Shown piece after piece: positions 54,754 through 64,000 of a DNA stretch of 64,000 bases. The notes under the pieces were generated by a model that did no database searches, was not told the DNA's origin, and worked only from the letters and a program-made list of their open reading frames with translations. The stretch lies in IMG/VR virus record IMGVR_UViG_3300021400_001698, positions 1 to 64,000 of that record; one strand, written 5' to 3'. The DNA comes from a virus (Duplodnaviria > Caudoviricetes). A program made the position numbers and the translations under genes. The first letter of the stretch is position 1, and each line of letters starts with the position of its first letter.

Positions 54754-54942
54754 TTATTCTTCTTTTCCACAATAAATGCAAAATCCATTCTCAAATTTGT
54801 GATTACATTGCTCTCTTAATTCATTGTTTTCATCTAAAAGTTCTTGAACTTCAGGTTGTAAAATGAAAACAGAAGGGTCTAATAATTTAGCAATTTCTTT
54901 GTTGTTGAAATTAATTTTTTCTCTAATTTCTTCTGGTGTCAT
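54754..54942 (-). CDS. small zinc-finger protein
   Basis: C-x-H...CIYC; GAGGT RBS before ATG 54942. Confidence 0.7.
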   Translation of the reverse strand: MTPEEIREKINFNNKEIAKLLDPSVFILQPEVQELLDENNELREQCNHKFENGFCIYCGKEE

Positions 54943-54946
54943 ATTA

Positions 54947-56041
54947 TCACCTCTCATTTTCATAAAATAAAGTAAATAACTCATAATTTTGCTCGCGCAC
55001 GAATTGGAAACTTTCAATTACTTTTTGTTTTGAAAAGTTTAAACTTTTATAATTTTCTTCGCTTAAATGAGCAAAAAAGCTATACATCGTATCGTATATT
55101 AGTTTTGTTTTGCGAGTACGATGTTCTACAAGCGCGCGGCAGTGGTCTGTGTAAAAGTCAAACAATTTCATCACTTGAATCCAACGTTTATCATGGAAAA
55201 AGTTGTCATCATAAATAAGTGAAAAATTTAATGCTTGACTACGTAAAGTTGATATGGTGCGCATTAGTTGTACTATATCTTGTGTTATAAATTTATCATA
55301 AGTAGTATTATCAGTTACATTTAAGGTTGTTTGTTTTATTACTGATGGGGAAGAAGCCTTAGATATAAGTTCTGGCCACCACTCAAGGTTAGGTATTCCA
55401 TTATATTGTATAGAATAAAATTTACCACTTGGAAGTAATTGATACCAAGGAATTAAATCTGATTCTGAATTAATTTGAACTGGAAATTTCATTCCCACAC
55501 GTTGGCGCATAGGTATTAAATTTTCTTCTAAAAGTTCATGTATCATTTCAAGACTTCCGTTGATGCGCGCGAGGTCGAAATCATGTAGCATGAGCATATT
55601 ATGCGGCCGGTCTTTAGGAATTTGACGTTTGAGTTTATCCCATAGATTCTGCTCGTCCAATGAAAGTCTCATATGTAATGCATTTTGCATTATTTTTAGC
55701 ATTTGAGGTTCTGTTTGAGTACGCCACATGTAGTTTTCAACAGTATTATAAATACTTATATCTGGGGCGCACATTTCAATTTCAATTGGTAAAGCTTTAT
55801 ATTTCCATCCATCATACGCTCGGCCGCCGTAAACGACATTTTTACGATATGGCAAATATTTCGGTGATGGATAATCTTGTCTTACTAAATAATTTGAATA
55901 TCGTTCAGGAATAAAACGAGGAGTAAAACTTACTATTTGACGTTTACGTTTATAGTAAGTAGATAATTTCATTAGTTCTAAGTTAAAGACGGGGACAGAG
56001 GGGTATAATTTTAAATCCCCGTCATATAAACCATAACTCAT
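54947..56041 (-). CDS. degenerate radical-SAM-associated protein
   Basis: N-terminus GLYDGD...FNLELMKLSTYYK...GG...LPIEIE...PDISIY resembles the N-domain of phage radical SAM proteins; no CxxxCxxC. Confidence 0.5.
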   Translation of the reverse strand: MSYGLYDGDLKLYPSVPVFNLELMKLSTYYKRKRQIVSFTPRFIPERYSNYLVRQDYPSPKYLPYRKNVVYGGRAYDGWKYKALPIEIEMCAPDISIYNTVENYMWRTQTEPQMLKIMQNALHMRLSLDEQNLWDKLKRQIPKDRPHNMLMLHDFDLARINGSLEMIHELLEENLIPMRQRVGMKFPVQINSESDLIPWYQLLPSGKFYSIQYNGIPNLEWWPELISKASSPSVIKQTTLNVTDNTTYDKFITQDIVQLMRTISTLRSQALNFSLIYDDNFFHDKRWIQVMKLFDFYTDHCRALVEHRTRKTKLIYDTMYSFFAHLSEENYKSLNFSKQKVIESFQFVREQNYELFTLFYENER

Positions 56042-59000
56042 ATTTCAATTCTTTCTGTTTGAGTTTTAATATATCCATCTTCATCAATTGAAGTTATTAA
56101 TTCAACTAAATGATGTGGAGTTGACTTATATTTCTTTGCAATAAAATTATCTTCTCGTTTAATTCCTGTTATAATAACTTTATTTCCCCTTGAAAGCCAT
56201 GATTTCTCAACTACGTGTTTGTGACCATCTGCGCCCTTTTCAGAAATTTGTTTATCATAATGAGTAAACGCATCACCAAAAATTTTAACAGTTACAACAC
56301 TATCAGTTGTTAATAAAGTTACTGTTTTCTTATTCTTATCTTTATCTAAAACAGTTCCTGCTATACGATAAATTTTATATAATGGAATTTTTTGACCAGT
56401 TTGTTTTGAAGTAAATTCATAATTTACTGTTGGTTCATCGGATAACTTCGAGAAATCTGAAAAACCATAAATTATATTTTTTACTTTACTCAATTCATGG
56501 TCATGTATATAACAAGAAATTGAATCCATTTCCCATTTACTTATATTACCATCACAATATTTATCCCATAAATCTTTATATAATCTACGATTTACTTTAT
56601 TTAATAAATCTAAATTATTTTTTTGAATAAATGGACGAATTATATCCATTTGTTTCTTATATAACATATCCCATTTAACTTGTTTGATTGTAAATAAAAT
56701 TCCATCTTGATTATATGGTGTTAAATAATCTATATCAAAGTTATTACTATAAAAAGTAAAAGCTGGCATATCTAATCCATATGAATCATTAATTTTATTT
56801 TTCTTTATATACTTATTAAAGTTAAATACTCTACATTGAAAATCATATTCTTTAGGAATTAGTTTAAAGTCAATTAACATCTTCATATTTTGAAGAGTTA
56901 TTCTCTTCTTTTTATCACTAATTAAATCTATATAAAGTTCCATCGCTGAAACTCTATCATTATATAAATTATCAAATGCTCCCGATTTAATTAAATTAAC
57001 CATTTGAGGTTTATTAATTTTAACTTTACTCAAAAAGTCTGGAATTGATTCATACGGACGATTATTCATAATTTCACGAATTAAATCATCACCAACTCTT
57101 GTAATTCCACTTAAACCGTAAATAATTAAATTCTTTTCTACATCTGGCGCAAATGTATATGAAGATTTATTTATATCTGTTGCAACAATTGTAATACCAT
57201 TATTTTTCATTTTACCAATTGCTGTTGCAATCTTACCATAATTTGCTGTCTTATTTGTTTTCTTTTTAGGTGCGGCCGGTCCATCTTCTTCTTCATCAAC
57301 TTCTTCCTCTTCTTCAGATTCTTCTTCGAAGTTACCTATATCATTAGAATAAAATTCTTCAACCGCATTAACTATTTCATCTTCTTCTTCAATTTCTTTT
57401 TCTGCGCCGCCGCTATCTGTTATCAGACACGCGCAATCCCATAAAATCAATGGATACCTATATGCTAAATTTAACTCTTGAAGTCCAATTAATGAATATG
57501 CTAACGTATGAGATAAGTTGAAACCATAACCTTTACTCATCGCAATTAATATATTCCAAGTATAATCACAAAGTTTTTCATCTAAACCTTTTTCTTTAAT
57601 TGTCTTAAAATATTCTTCAGTTAATTTATCATATTCTGCTGGATTCTTCTTTGCAATTGATTTTCTTAACTTATCTGCCCAAGTAAGATTAAATCCACCT
57701 AACTCTGGAAGTTGAACCAACTGCATAAACTGCTCCTGTGCAATACATAAACCATATGAAACTCCTAAAACTGGTTCAAGGATTTTCTTTGCTTCTGCGC
57801 CAAGACCATACTTTTTAAGTTCTTTATCCCAATCACCTGGATGTGCTTTAAATCTTGCAAGTTTATTAACTGGCATTTCTCCGCCCTTTTCAGTCGCCAT
57901 TAATCTAATTGCAGAATTAAGAATTGCTAAGTCATCTACTGAGGTCGGTTTCATCGCTGCAATTCCACTAATACCAGATTGCTTTTCCATTTGGAATAAA
58001 CTTTGAACTTTATGCTCCCAACACATTTTCCACATCTCAGGTGCTTCACGTTCTAACTTATAAATTCCAATGATTTTTTCATAAGTTTCTCTCAAAGTAT
58101 TCTCTCTTGACTCATATCCATAATCACAAATTAAATCAATACAATTATGAATTTTATCTAATGCTTCAACTGAAAGAATATCATATTTAATTAAACCTGT
58201 ATCTTCAGCGGCATGAAGATCAAACTGAGTTATAATCTCTCCATTGGGTGCGCGCATAAGTGCAGCTGAATCAGTAAATGGTTCATCAACAAAGATAACT
58301 CCACCCGCATGAACTCCACAACCATTTATTAATCCCTCAATTCCTTGAGCTACTTTCCATAACTCAGGATAATTTTCTTCCATTTCAATTCTAAATTGTT
58401 TTGAAGCACTTATTCCATTTTCAGAATCTCCATAAAAAGTTTGCTTTAAAGTTCTTAATTGTCCTCTATCTGCCTCAATAAATGAAGATAAATATTGAGC
58501 TGTATCTACATCAATTCCCAAACCACGTGCCGCGGTTAAGATTGCAGACTTAGATTTTTCAGTTTTTAAAGTCAAAACATTCGCAACTCTATCTTCTCCA
58601 TAGATACGACGAAAGTTCTTTAAAACTTCTGCTCTGCGGCCGCCTTCAATATCAATATCTACATCAAGAACTGATACACGTTCAGGATTTAAAAATCTCC
58701 AACGCTTCGTCTGGCTCTTTTCTCTTAATGGATTAATTTGAGTTATACCTAACAAATATAATAAGATAAATCCTACCCCAGACCCACGGCCGCATCCAAC
58801 TAATGTTCCTGCGTCCCAACATGAGTCAATTATATTTTGAAGATTTAAGAAATATGCGCTCCATCTACTTCCATTTACTTCAGAACTAATCCATGTATCT
58901 TCAAGACAAGCATTAATTTCATCAGCAGTTTCTTTATTCCATAAGTTATCTTCTACTGTACTATTAACTAATCTATCAATAATTGCATAAGCAAGATGTT

Positions 59001-60039
59001 TATCTTCATCATATTCTGACTTTAAGAAAGTTTTTAAATATGGAATTTTATCACTCCAAAATTGTATAGTATCAGGTTTAACTTTATAATACTTCCAATT
59101 TAATCTCGGAATTTTTAATGGCTTCATTAAAGAATAATCTTGACATTTATCTTTAATTTCTAAAATTGTTTTATATGCTTTTTGAAGAACTTCTTCTCCC
59201 ATTTCTTTTAACATATAAAATTCAATTTCTTCCGTATTCATAAGATAAGTTGTTGCATAGAAATCATCAACTTCTCTATCGCCCTGCTGTGAATTAAGAA
59301 ATGCTTTATGAATCGTTCTATCTTCTTTCTTCAAATAGTGCGCATCATTTGTAATTATATATTTTATCCCTAATTCTTCACTTAATTCAACTAATTTATG
59401 ATTTACATAAATCTGGTCTTTATTAAATGATGGTTGCATTTCAAAATAAAAGTCATCTTTTCCAAAGATAGCTTGCATTTGCAAAATCCATCTTTTAATT
59501 AAGTCAATTGATGGCGCGCCATTATCTCTATTACGAAGAAGTTGAGTTGGCAAACATCCACCAAGACAAGCGGTTGAACCTATAACATGACCTGGGTTAG
59601 TACTAATTATGTCGATTAAATCTTGATAATATGTTGGAACTCTTCTCATGCGGCGCGCGACATAACTTCTCATCCATGCGCGCGTTGAAATTTCACGAAT
59701 TTGTTGATGTCCAATTTCATCTTTTGCGAGAAGAATAAAGTGGAAATATCTATCTTTATCCTTATCAAAATTATCAGAGTTTAATCCATTTCTTACAAGA
59801 TAAATTTCATTTCCAAGAATTATTTTGAAATTTGGATTTTTATCTTTAATTTTCTTATAATATTTTTCTGCACGAATATGTGATGCGATTGTGTCGTGCT
59901 CGGTAATCGCTACTACTTCTTGTCCAAGTTCGACGGCATAGTCAACTAGAGACTCAACCGTATTAATTGAGTCCCTAAGACGAAAATTACTAAAGTCTGT
60001 GTGATTATGCAGCGAACCCGGAAATTTTAATTTCTCCAT
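56038..60039 (-). CDS. dnaE: DNA polymerase III alpha subunit (DnaE type)
   Basis: PHP HNHTDFS, GRGSG, NPER, DVDID catalytic motif, HAGG, GYGFNLSH, OB fold. Confidence 0.97.
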   Translation of the reverse strand: MEKLKFPGSLHNHTDFSNFRLRDSINTVESLVDYAVELGQEVVAITEHDTIASHIRAEKYYKKIKDKNPNFKIILGNEIYLVRNGLNSDNFDKDKDRYFHFILLAKDEIGHQQIREISTRAWMRSYVARRMRRVPTYYQDLIDIISTNPGHVIGSTACLGGCLPTQLLRNRDNGAPSIDLIKRWILQMQAIFGKDDFYFEMQPSFNKDQIYVNHKLVELSEELGIKYIITNDAHYLKKEDRTIHKAFLNSQQGDREVDDFYATTYLMNTEEIEFYMLKEMGEEVLQKAYKTILEIKDKCQDYSLMKPLKIPRLNWKYYKVKPDTIQFWSDKIPYLKTFLKSEYDEDKHLAYAIIDRLVNSTVEDNLWNKETADEINACLEDTWISSEVNGSRWSAYFLNLQNIIDSCWDAGTLVGCGRGSGVGFILLYLLGITQINPLREKSQTKRWRFLNPERVSVLDVDIDIEGGRRAEVLKNFRRIYGEDRVANVLTLKTEKSKSAILTAARGLGIDVDTAQYLSSFIEADRGQLRTLKQTFYGDSENGISASKQFRIEMEENYPELWKVAQGIEGLINGCGVHAGGVIFVDEPFTDSAALMRAPNGEIITQFDLHAAEDTGLIKYDILSVEALDKIHNCIDLICDYGYESRENTLRETYEKIIGIYKLEREAPEMWKMCWEHKVQSLFQMEKQSGISGIAAMKPTSVDDLAILNSAIRLMATEKGGEMPVNKLARFKAHPGDWDKELKKYGLGAEAKKILEPVLGVSYGLCIAQEQFMQLVQLPELGGFNLTWADKLRKSIAKKNPAEYDKLTEEYFKTIKEKGLDEKLCDYTWNILIAMSKGYGFNLSHTLAYSLIGLQELNLAYRYPLILWDCACLITDSGGAEKEIEEEDEIVNAVEEFYSNDIGNFEEESEEEEEVDEEEDGPAAPKKKTNKTANYGKIATAIGKMKNNGITIVATDINKSSYTFAPDVEKNLIIYGLSGITRVGDDLIREIMNNRPYESIPDFLSKVKINKPQMVNLIKSGAFDNLYNDRVSAMELYIDLISDKKKRITLQNMKMLIDFKLIPKEYDFQCRVFNFNKYIKKNKINDSYGLDMPAFTFYSNNFDIDYLTPYNQDGILFTIKQVKWDMLYKKQMDIIRPFIQKNNLDLLNKVNRRLYKDLWDKYCDGNISKWEMDSISCYIHDHELSKVKNIIYGFSDFSKLSDEPTVNYEFTSKQTGQKIPLYKIYRIAGTVLDKDKNKKTVTLLTTDSVVTVKIFGDAFTHYDKQISEKGADGHKHVVEKSWLSRGNKVIITGIKREDNFIAKKYKSTPHHLVELITSIDEDGYIKTQTERIEI

Positions 60040-60073
60040 TCACGCTACCTCTCTTTCTACTTTCTATATATAT

Positions 60074-60102
60074 ATTATATCAAAATTTTATTAAATTGTC
60101 AA
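60074..60102 (-). promoter_or_regulatory. sigmaA promoter for dnaE
   Basis: TTGACA-17-TATAAT then ATATATAGAAAG on the minus strand. Confidence 0.8.
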
Positions 60103-60324
60103 GTTATTTAATAATTTTTGACGTAAATCTTCTTTATTAAAACTCTTACATCCAAAATAACTTTCATCATCAAAGGTTTCCATTAGAAATAATTCAATTA
60201 AATGATTAAAATCCATTTTGAAGTCTAAAGAATCTGCATCTTTAAAAGAATCTCCAATGATATAATTATCGGTTTCAGTACAATGAGTTAAAACAAATAA
60301 CAAAAACATAGTATTAAAATTCAT
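60091..60324 (-). CDS. hypothetical protein
   Basis: GAGGT RBS. Confidence 0.6.
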   Translation of the reverse strand: MNFNTMFLLFVLTHCTETDNYIIGDSFKDADSLDFKMDFNHLIELFLMETFDDESYFGCKSFNKEDLRQKLLNNLTI

Positions 60325-60334
60325 TATATACCTC

Positions 60335-62083
60335 TTAAAATCCTAATGTTCCATCGTCAATTTGAAAATCAGTAATAAAAATTTGTGGCGTTATTCTTCC
60401 CGCAAACTCATTTAAATTTGCTCTACCTACAATTTCTAATTTAATTGAATCAGAAGGTACTGTCGCCAATTGTTCAATCATTTCTTTTGCATGAAATTTA
60501 AGATAAGTAACTCCAAACTTTTCAATTCTAATAGTATCTGCATTCTTACCAATAACTGCGATATCATTTCTTTTTAAATTAATATCAGTTACATGAATAA
60601 GTGGTTCAGAATTATGCTGTCCAAATATATCTTCATTCGCGGCAAGGTCGTAAATCAATGGAATTATATCTGGGTCTGCCGCGAAACGTTCGAAGTTGAC
60701 TTCATACCAATTCTCACCAAAATCCATATCTGCTAACTCTTTATTCGCATATTCATGGAAATCATGTAAATTCTTATCAAGAATTGAAATACCGCAAGCA
60801 TTATCATGACCAGCTGTATATTCAAAATATCCACTTTCATTCATAAAGTCTTTAAAAGACTTAAGCGCAGATTCATTTAAGCCTCTACTTGAACCTCTAT
60901 CATATCCTTCATCATTTAATCGAGCTACAATTGTTGGACGCTTATACTTCGCAGCCAACTTCATTGCAGTTAATCCATTTAATTCTGCAGGGAAATCTTC
61001 TTCATCTAATCTAACGAATAAAATTTTATTTTCTAAAAGGTCATATTTAAAAATTTTAATTTCAAGTTCTTCTACAGCCTTATCGAGAATTCGATTTTGC
61101 TTTGCTCTTGCATTTGTACACTCGCGCGCAGACTCAATCGCAACTTCTTCATACGTTCCCTTCGCGCCACGCTTTTGACTTGGAACCATCTGATGTCCAT
61201 CAATAAATGCTTCAAAGCATCTGCGCTTTTCATCCATTGTACCTACACGAATTAATGCGTTGATTAAAGGTGTGATATAGAAAGCAATTGTTGTGGGATT
61301 AATTTTACCTCCCATTGAAAAAGACTGCTTTTCACAAAGAGCAAGGAAGAAATAGTTTTTAATATTTCTTAAACCTTCATAGATGATATATCTATTCTCA
61401 GGCGATATAACACTCATCATATCACTGACAATTCCAAGCGCGGCGAGGTCAATTAAATCATCAGCATAATCTGTTCCTTTGCGCATATCACAGAAGCGAC
61501 AAAATTGCCAAGCTACACCCGCGCCACAAAGGTCTTTGTTTTGATACCTTTGTGATAGCTGATTATTAATAATTACTGCAGAAGACGAGAACTGAGTATC
61601 TTCTTCTACAATATGATGGTCGAGAACAAGACATTTAATTCCTTGCGCGCCCAGTCGTTCATGAAATACATAATCATTACTACTACTATCAGGTAAAATT
61701 ACATATCTTAAGTTATCTTCTCCTTCAAGAATTGTATCTATTACATCGCTAAGTCCATGACCCTTACCTTCATGAAGAATATAATCAATTTGTAAGTTTG
61801 GGTTTACTCGCTTTAAATAAGTATACATGATTGCACTAGAAGTAAAGCCATCTACATCAGAATCTACAACTAATAAGATTCGCTTATCTGGGGCGAGATT
61901 GGTTATTTCTTCGAACAGATTATAACCTTGAAAGATATTATCAAAAGCTTCGGGGTCTTGTAATAAACCTTGAACTGGTTCTCCTAAAAAGTAAGGTAAT
62001 ACATCTTCCGTAACTCCACGTTCCTTTAAAAGTTCTGCAGTATAATCTTGTCTTATATCTTTATTTACTAATTTTGTCTTCAC
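60335..62083 (-). CDS. recJ: ssDNA 5'-3' exonuclease RecJ (DHH family)
   Basis: DSDVDG, ILPD, LDHH, LCGAGV, GSSRG, AGH motifs. Confidence 0.93.
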   Translation of the reverse strand: MKTKLVNKDIRQDYTAELLKERGVTEDVLPYFLGEPVQGLLQDPEAFDNIFQGYNLFEEITNLAPDKRILLVVDSDVDGFTSSAIMYTYLKRVNPNLQIDYILHEGKGHGLSDVIDTILEGEDNLRYVILPDSSSNDYVFHERLGAQGIKCLVLDHHIVEEDTQFSSSAVIINNQLSQRYQNKDLCGAGVAWQFCRFCDMRKGTDYADDLIDLAALGIVSDMMSVISPENRYIIYEGLRNIKNYFFLALCEKQSFSMGGKINPTTIAFYITPLINALIRVGTMDEKRRCFEAFIDGHQMVPSQKRGAKGTYEEVAIESARECTNARAKQNRILDKAVEELEIKIFKYDLLENKILFVRLDEEDFPAELNGLTAMKLAAKYKRPTIVARLNDEGYDRGSSRGLNESALKSFKDFMNESGYFEYTAGHDNACGISILDKNLHDFHEYANKELADMDFGENWYEVNFERFAADPDIIPLIYDLAANEDIFGQHNSEPLIHVTDINLKRNDIAVIGKNADTIRIEKFGVTYLKFHAKEMIEQLATVPSDSIKLEIVGRANLNEFAGRITPQIFITDFQIDDGTLGF

Positions 62084-63129
62084 TTTACAATAACTCTCCT
62101 TTGTAACAATTTTTCAAATGTATCTTGTCCTTTATCTGTAGGAGAGTCCTTTAATTCAAGTAAATTCTCCATATCATAAATAAAAGAAAAGTTTGCATAA
62201 TTTTTATATTTATTGCATAGTTTATATAGTTTATTAAAATATATATCTTCACCAGGTTTTTCTTCCTTATCGAAGCAAATTACAATTTCATTTGGATGGC
62301 AATTTTGAATTAAAATTTTAAGTGCAAATTTATTAAACTGACTTCCGCATACGGCGGCCGCGCAATTTAAACGGTCAAAACTATCCATTTGTAATACTGA
62401 TTTTTCTGCTTCAAAAATAAAACATATACCTGTCTTTTTTATATTTTCTTTTGTCTTATTAAGTCCATATAAGTTAAGAGATAAAGGATGACTATACCAT
62501 TTACCTTCAATTTGAACTGGCATATATTTACCTATATTCTCTACTTCCCAAGGATTCAAGGCTCGGCCGCGCACACCTACTAACTTATTATCAATATTAT
62601 AATGAGGTATTATAATTTTATTCTGTGGTATGGAATATAAAATATTAAATTTATCCATCGCAGTTTTACTAATTCCATCATTAAGCCATTCTGGTGGATA
62701 GAACTTAGTAAAAGTATTTAAAATACCTTCTGAATATGTGGGAAGCTGTATATGTTCAGGACGTCTATATTGGTCGCGAATTGATTTATAAGTTGCATGT
62801 CCAGGCGCGGCCAGCCGAAAATTACTGCAATCAAGAACGACCTTATATATATCTTCATACCAGTCAAAGTCAATTCCTCTCGTTTCATAGTAGTGTCGAA
62901 GGAATTTAAAAATTGACATATTACCATCCTCTGTATAGCATACAAAAAGATGATTATTTTCATAGTAATATAATTTCATTGAAGCTTGCGCGGGGTCCTC
63001 ATTATGACATATCGTCGGAAAAATCACATAACCGGGGCGCCGCACATATGTTTCAACTCCTAATCGTTCCATTAAGTCAATTATCTTATCTGTATTTAAC
63101 TGTTCAATAATACCTTGATAATCAATCAA
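62080..63129 (-). CDS. dnaG: DnaG-like primase (Zn-binding-like N-domain plus TOPRIM)
   Basis: ICH...CYT N-domain, IIPHY...GVRGR, LYGL, IFEAEKSV, ICFDKE. Confidence 0.8.
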   Translation of the reverse strand: MIDYQGIIEQLNTDKIIDLMERLGVETYVRRPGYVIFPTICHNEDPAQASMKLYYYENNHLFVCYTEDGNMSIFKFLRHYYETRGIDFDWYEDIYKVVLDCSNFRLAAPGHATYKSIRDQYRRPEHIQLPTYSEGILNTFTKFYPPEWLNDGISKTAMDKFNILYSIPQNKIIIPHYNIDNKLVGVRGRALNPWEVENIGKYMPVQIEGKWYSHPLSLNLYGLNKTKENIKKTGICFIFEAEKSVLQMDSFDRLNCAAAVCGSQFNKFALKILIQNCHPNEIVICFDKEEKPGEDIYFNKLYKLCNKYKNYANFSFIYDMENLLELKDSPTDKGQDTFEKLLQRRVIVK

Positions 63130-64000
63130 CTACTTCACCATTTTCTAACCTTTCAATTATTTCTTTTAATCTTTTATCTTCTTCAGAATCCCAATTCTTA
63201 ATCTGATATTCTTCTCTTTCATAAAAATTTTCAACTGGAACCATTCTTGCATCAGTTACAAATAAATCTTTTCTTTTTAAAGTTCCTAAATTCATAACTG
63301 ACCAAATGCGGACTTGTGTCCATTCTCCACTTCTCACTTTATATATATCAGTTACTAAATTCGGTGTATCAGGCATTCCCGCTAAAATTGGAGTTAACAC
63401 ATCTAATTCTTCTTTTGTTGGTCTTGCCATAATCGCACCATTATCTGCCTTATTAATTGTACTACGACCACCCGCGAGACTTCCTTCATTTCTTATATCT
63501 TTATTATCATCGCCTTTTGCATTTAACTGAGTTGAAGTAAACATCGCTACATCTAACTCAACCGCTAAATCTTTTAAAGCCGTTGCAAACATTAACAATA
63601 CTTCATCATTTCTTAAAGCGAATCCTCTAAATTCATCAAGTAATGCTGGACCAATAAAAATATAATCATAAAATACATAACCTATATCTCGAGTGATACA
63701 ATTTTCTCTGACTAAAGTTTTTACAAGTTCAATTGTCGGATTCGGCATCTTAACGAGAGTCAAATTCTCTTCATAATGTTTCATTAATCCAATCGCTTGA
63801 GCGATTACAGCCTGCTCTCTCTCATTAAAATCTCCATATTTAAAACGACTTTCACTAAAATCAGTTAAGTAAGCCAAAATCATTTTTCTAACTTCTTTAA
63901 ACTGTTGCTCTGTTACTATAAATAAAACTTTTTCACAATTTCCAACCTGTTCCCATTCACAAGTTTCTGAATTATATCTAATCGGATAAGCTAAATAACA
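63122..64000 (-). CDS. dnaB: DnaB-like replicative helicase, C-terminal part (truncated by window end)
   Basis: Frame stays open to 64000 (VLFIVTEQ); YVFYDYI, STQLN, KAD motifs. Confidence 0.85.
   Translation of the reverse strand, partial: CYLAYPIRYNSETCEWEQVGNCEKVLFIVTEQQFKEVRKMILAYLTDFSESRFKYGDFNEREQAVIAQAIGLMKHYEENLTLVKMPNPTIELVKTLVRENCITRDIGYVFYDYIFIGPALLDEFRGFALRNDEVLLMFATALKDLAVELDVAMFTSTQLNAKGDDNKDIRNEGSLAGGRSTINKADNGAIMARPTKEELDVLTPILAGMPDTPNLVTDIYKVRSGEWTQVRIWSVMNLGTLKRKDLFVTDARMVPVENFYEREEYQIKNWDSEEDKRLKEIIERLENGEVVD

Noticed and set aside
56038-60039. Intein or intron in dnaE (also checked nrdD and terL)
   Set aside because: Frames are continuous and no intein N/C-terminal motifs or LAGLIDADG blocks were seen
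33236-63530. Short antisense or alternative-frame ORFs inside structural and replication genes
   Set aside because: They overlap well-supported genes and have no RBS or promoter
1-64000. Stop-codon recoding
   Set aside because: Conserved genes are full length in code 11, TAA, TAG and TGA all end genes, and there is no suppressor tRNA among those seen

Overview
This window is part of a large, AT-rich tailed dsDNA phage of an anaerobic Firmicutes (Bacillota, probably Clostridia-like) host, with SPbeta/c-st-like structural gene order. It uses the standard genetic code; I saw no CRISPR array, integrase, intron or intein. Layout: (1) 1-2.4 kb, tRNA cluster (11 recognisable tRNAs including rare Ile-UAU, one aberrant Leu-like tRNA, and several tRNA-like or structured spacer RNAs). 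(2) 2.5-10.9 kb, + strand accessory genes (PD-(D/E)XK-like nuclease, PNK-type kinase, metallophosphoesterase, atypical protein kinase, radical SAM). (3) 10.9-12 kb, non-coding convergence zone with 13/14-bp iteron-like arrays and palindromes (candidate origin or genome-end region). (4) 12-24.7 kb, - strand array of about 30 small genes and ORF-less transcription units, nearly each with its own sigmaA promoter. These are separated by a repeated intergenic module with Gram-positive SOS (LexA) boxes, Rex-like boxes, unassigned palindromes and a GC-rich CGGCCG core. (5) 25.2-48.6 kb, regulator, terminase, portal, head, neck, two tail-tube paralogues and a 3038-aa tape measure. (6) 48.6-64 kb, - strand nucleotide metabolism and replisome (RuvC-like, dUTPase, ThyX, NrdDG, DnaE, RecJ, primase, DnaB). 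The most unusual signals are promoter-driven small RNAs with tRNA T-arm mimicry, the operator-laden cassette array, and a strong window-wide excess of CGGCCG. All counts and folds were made by eye, and product calls rest on recognised motifs, not database searches.
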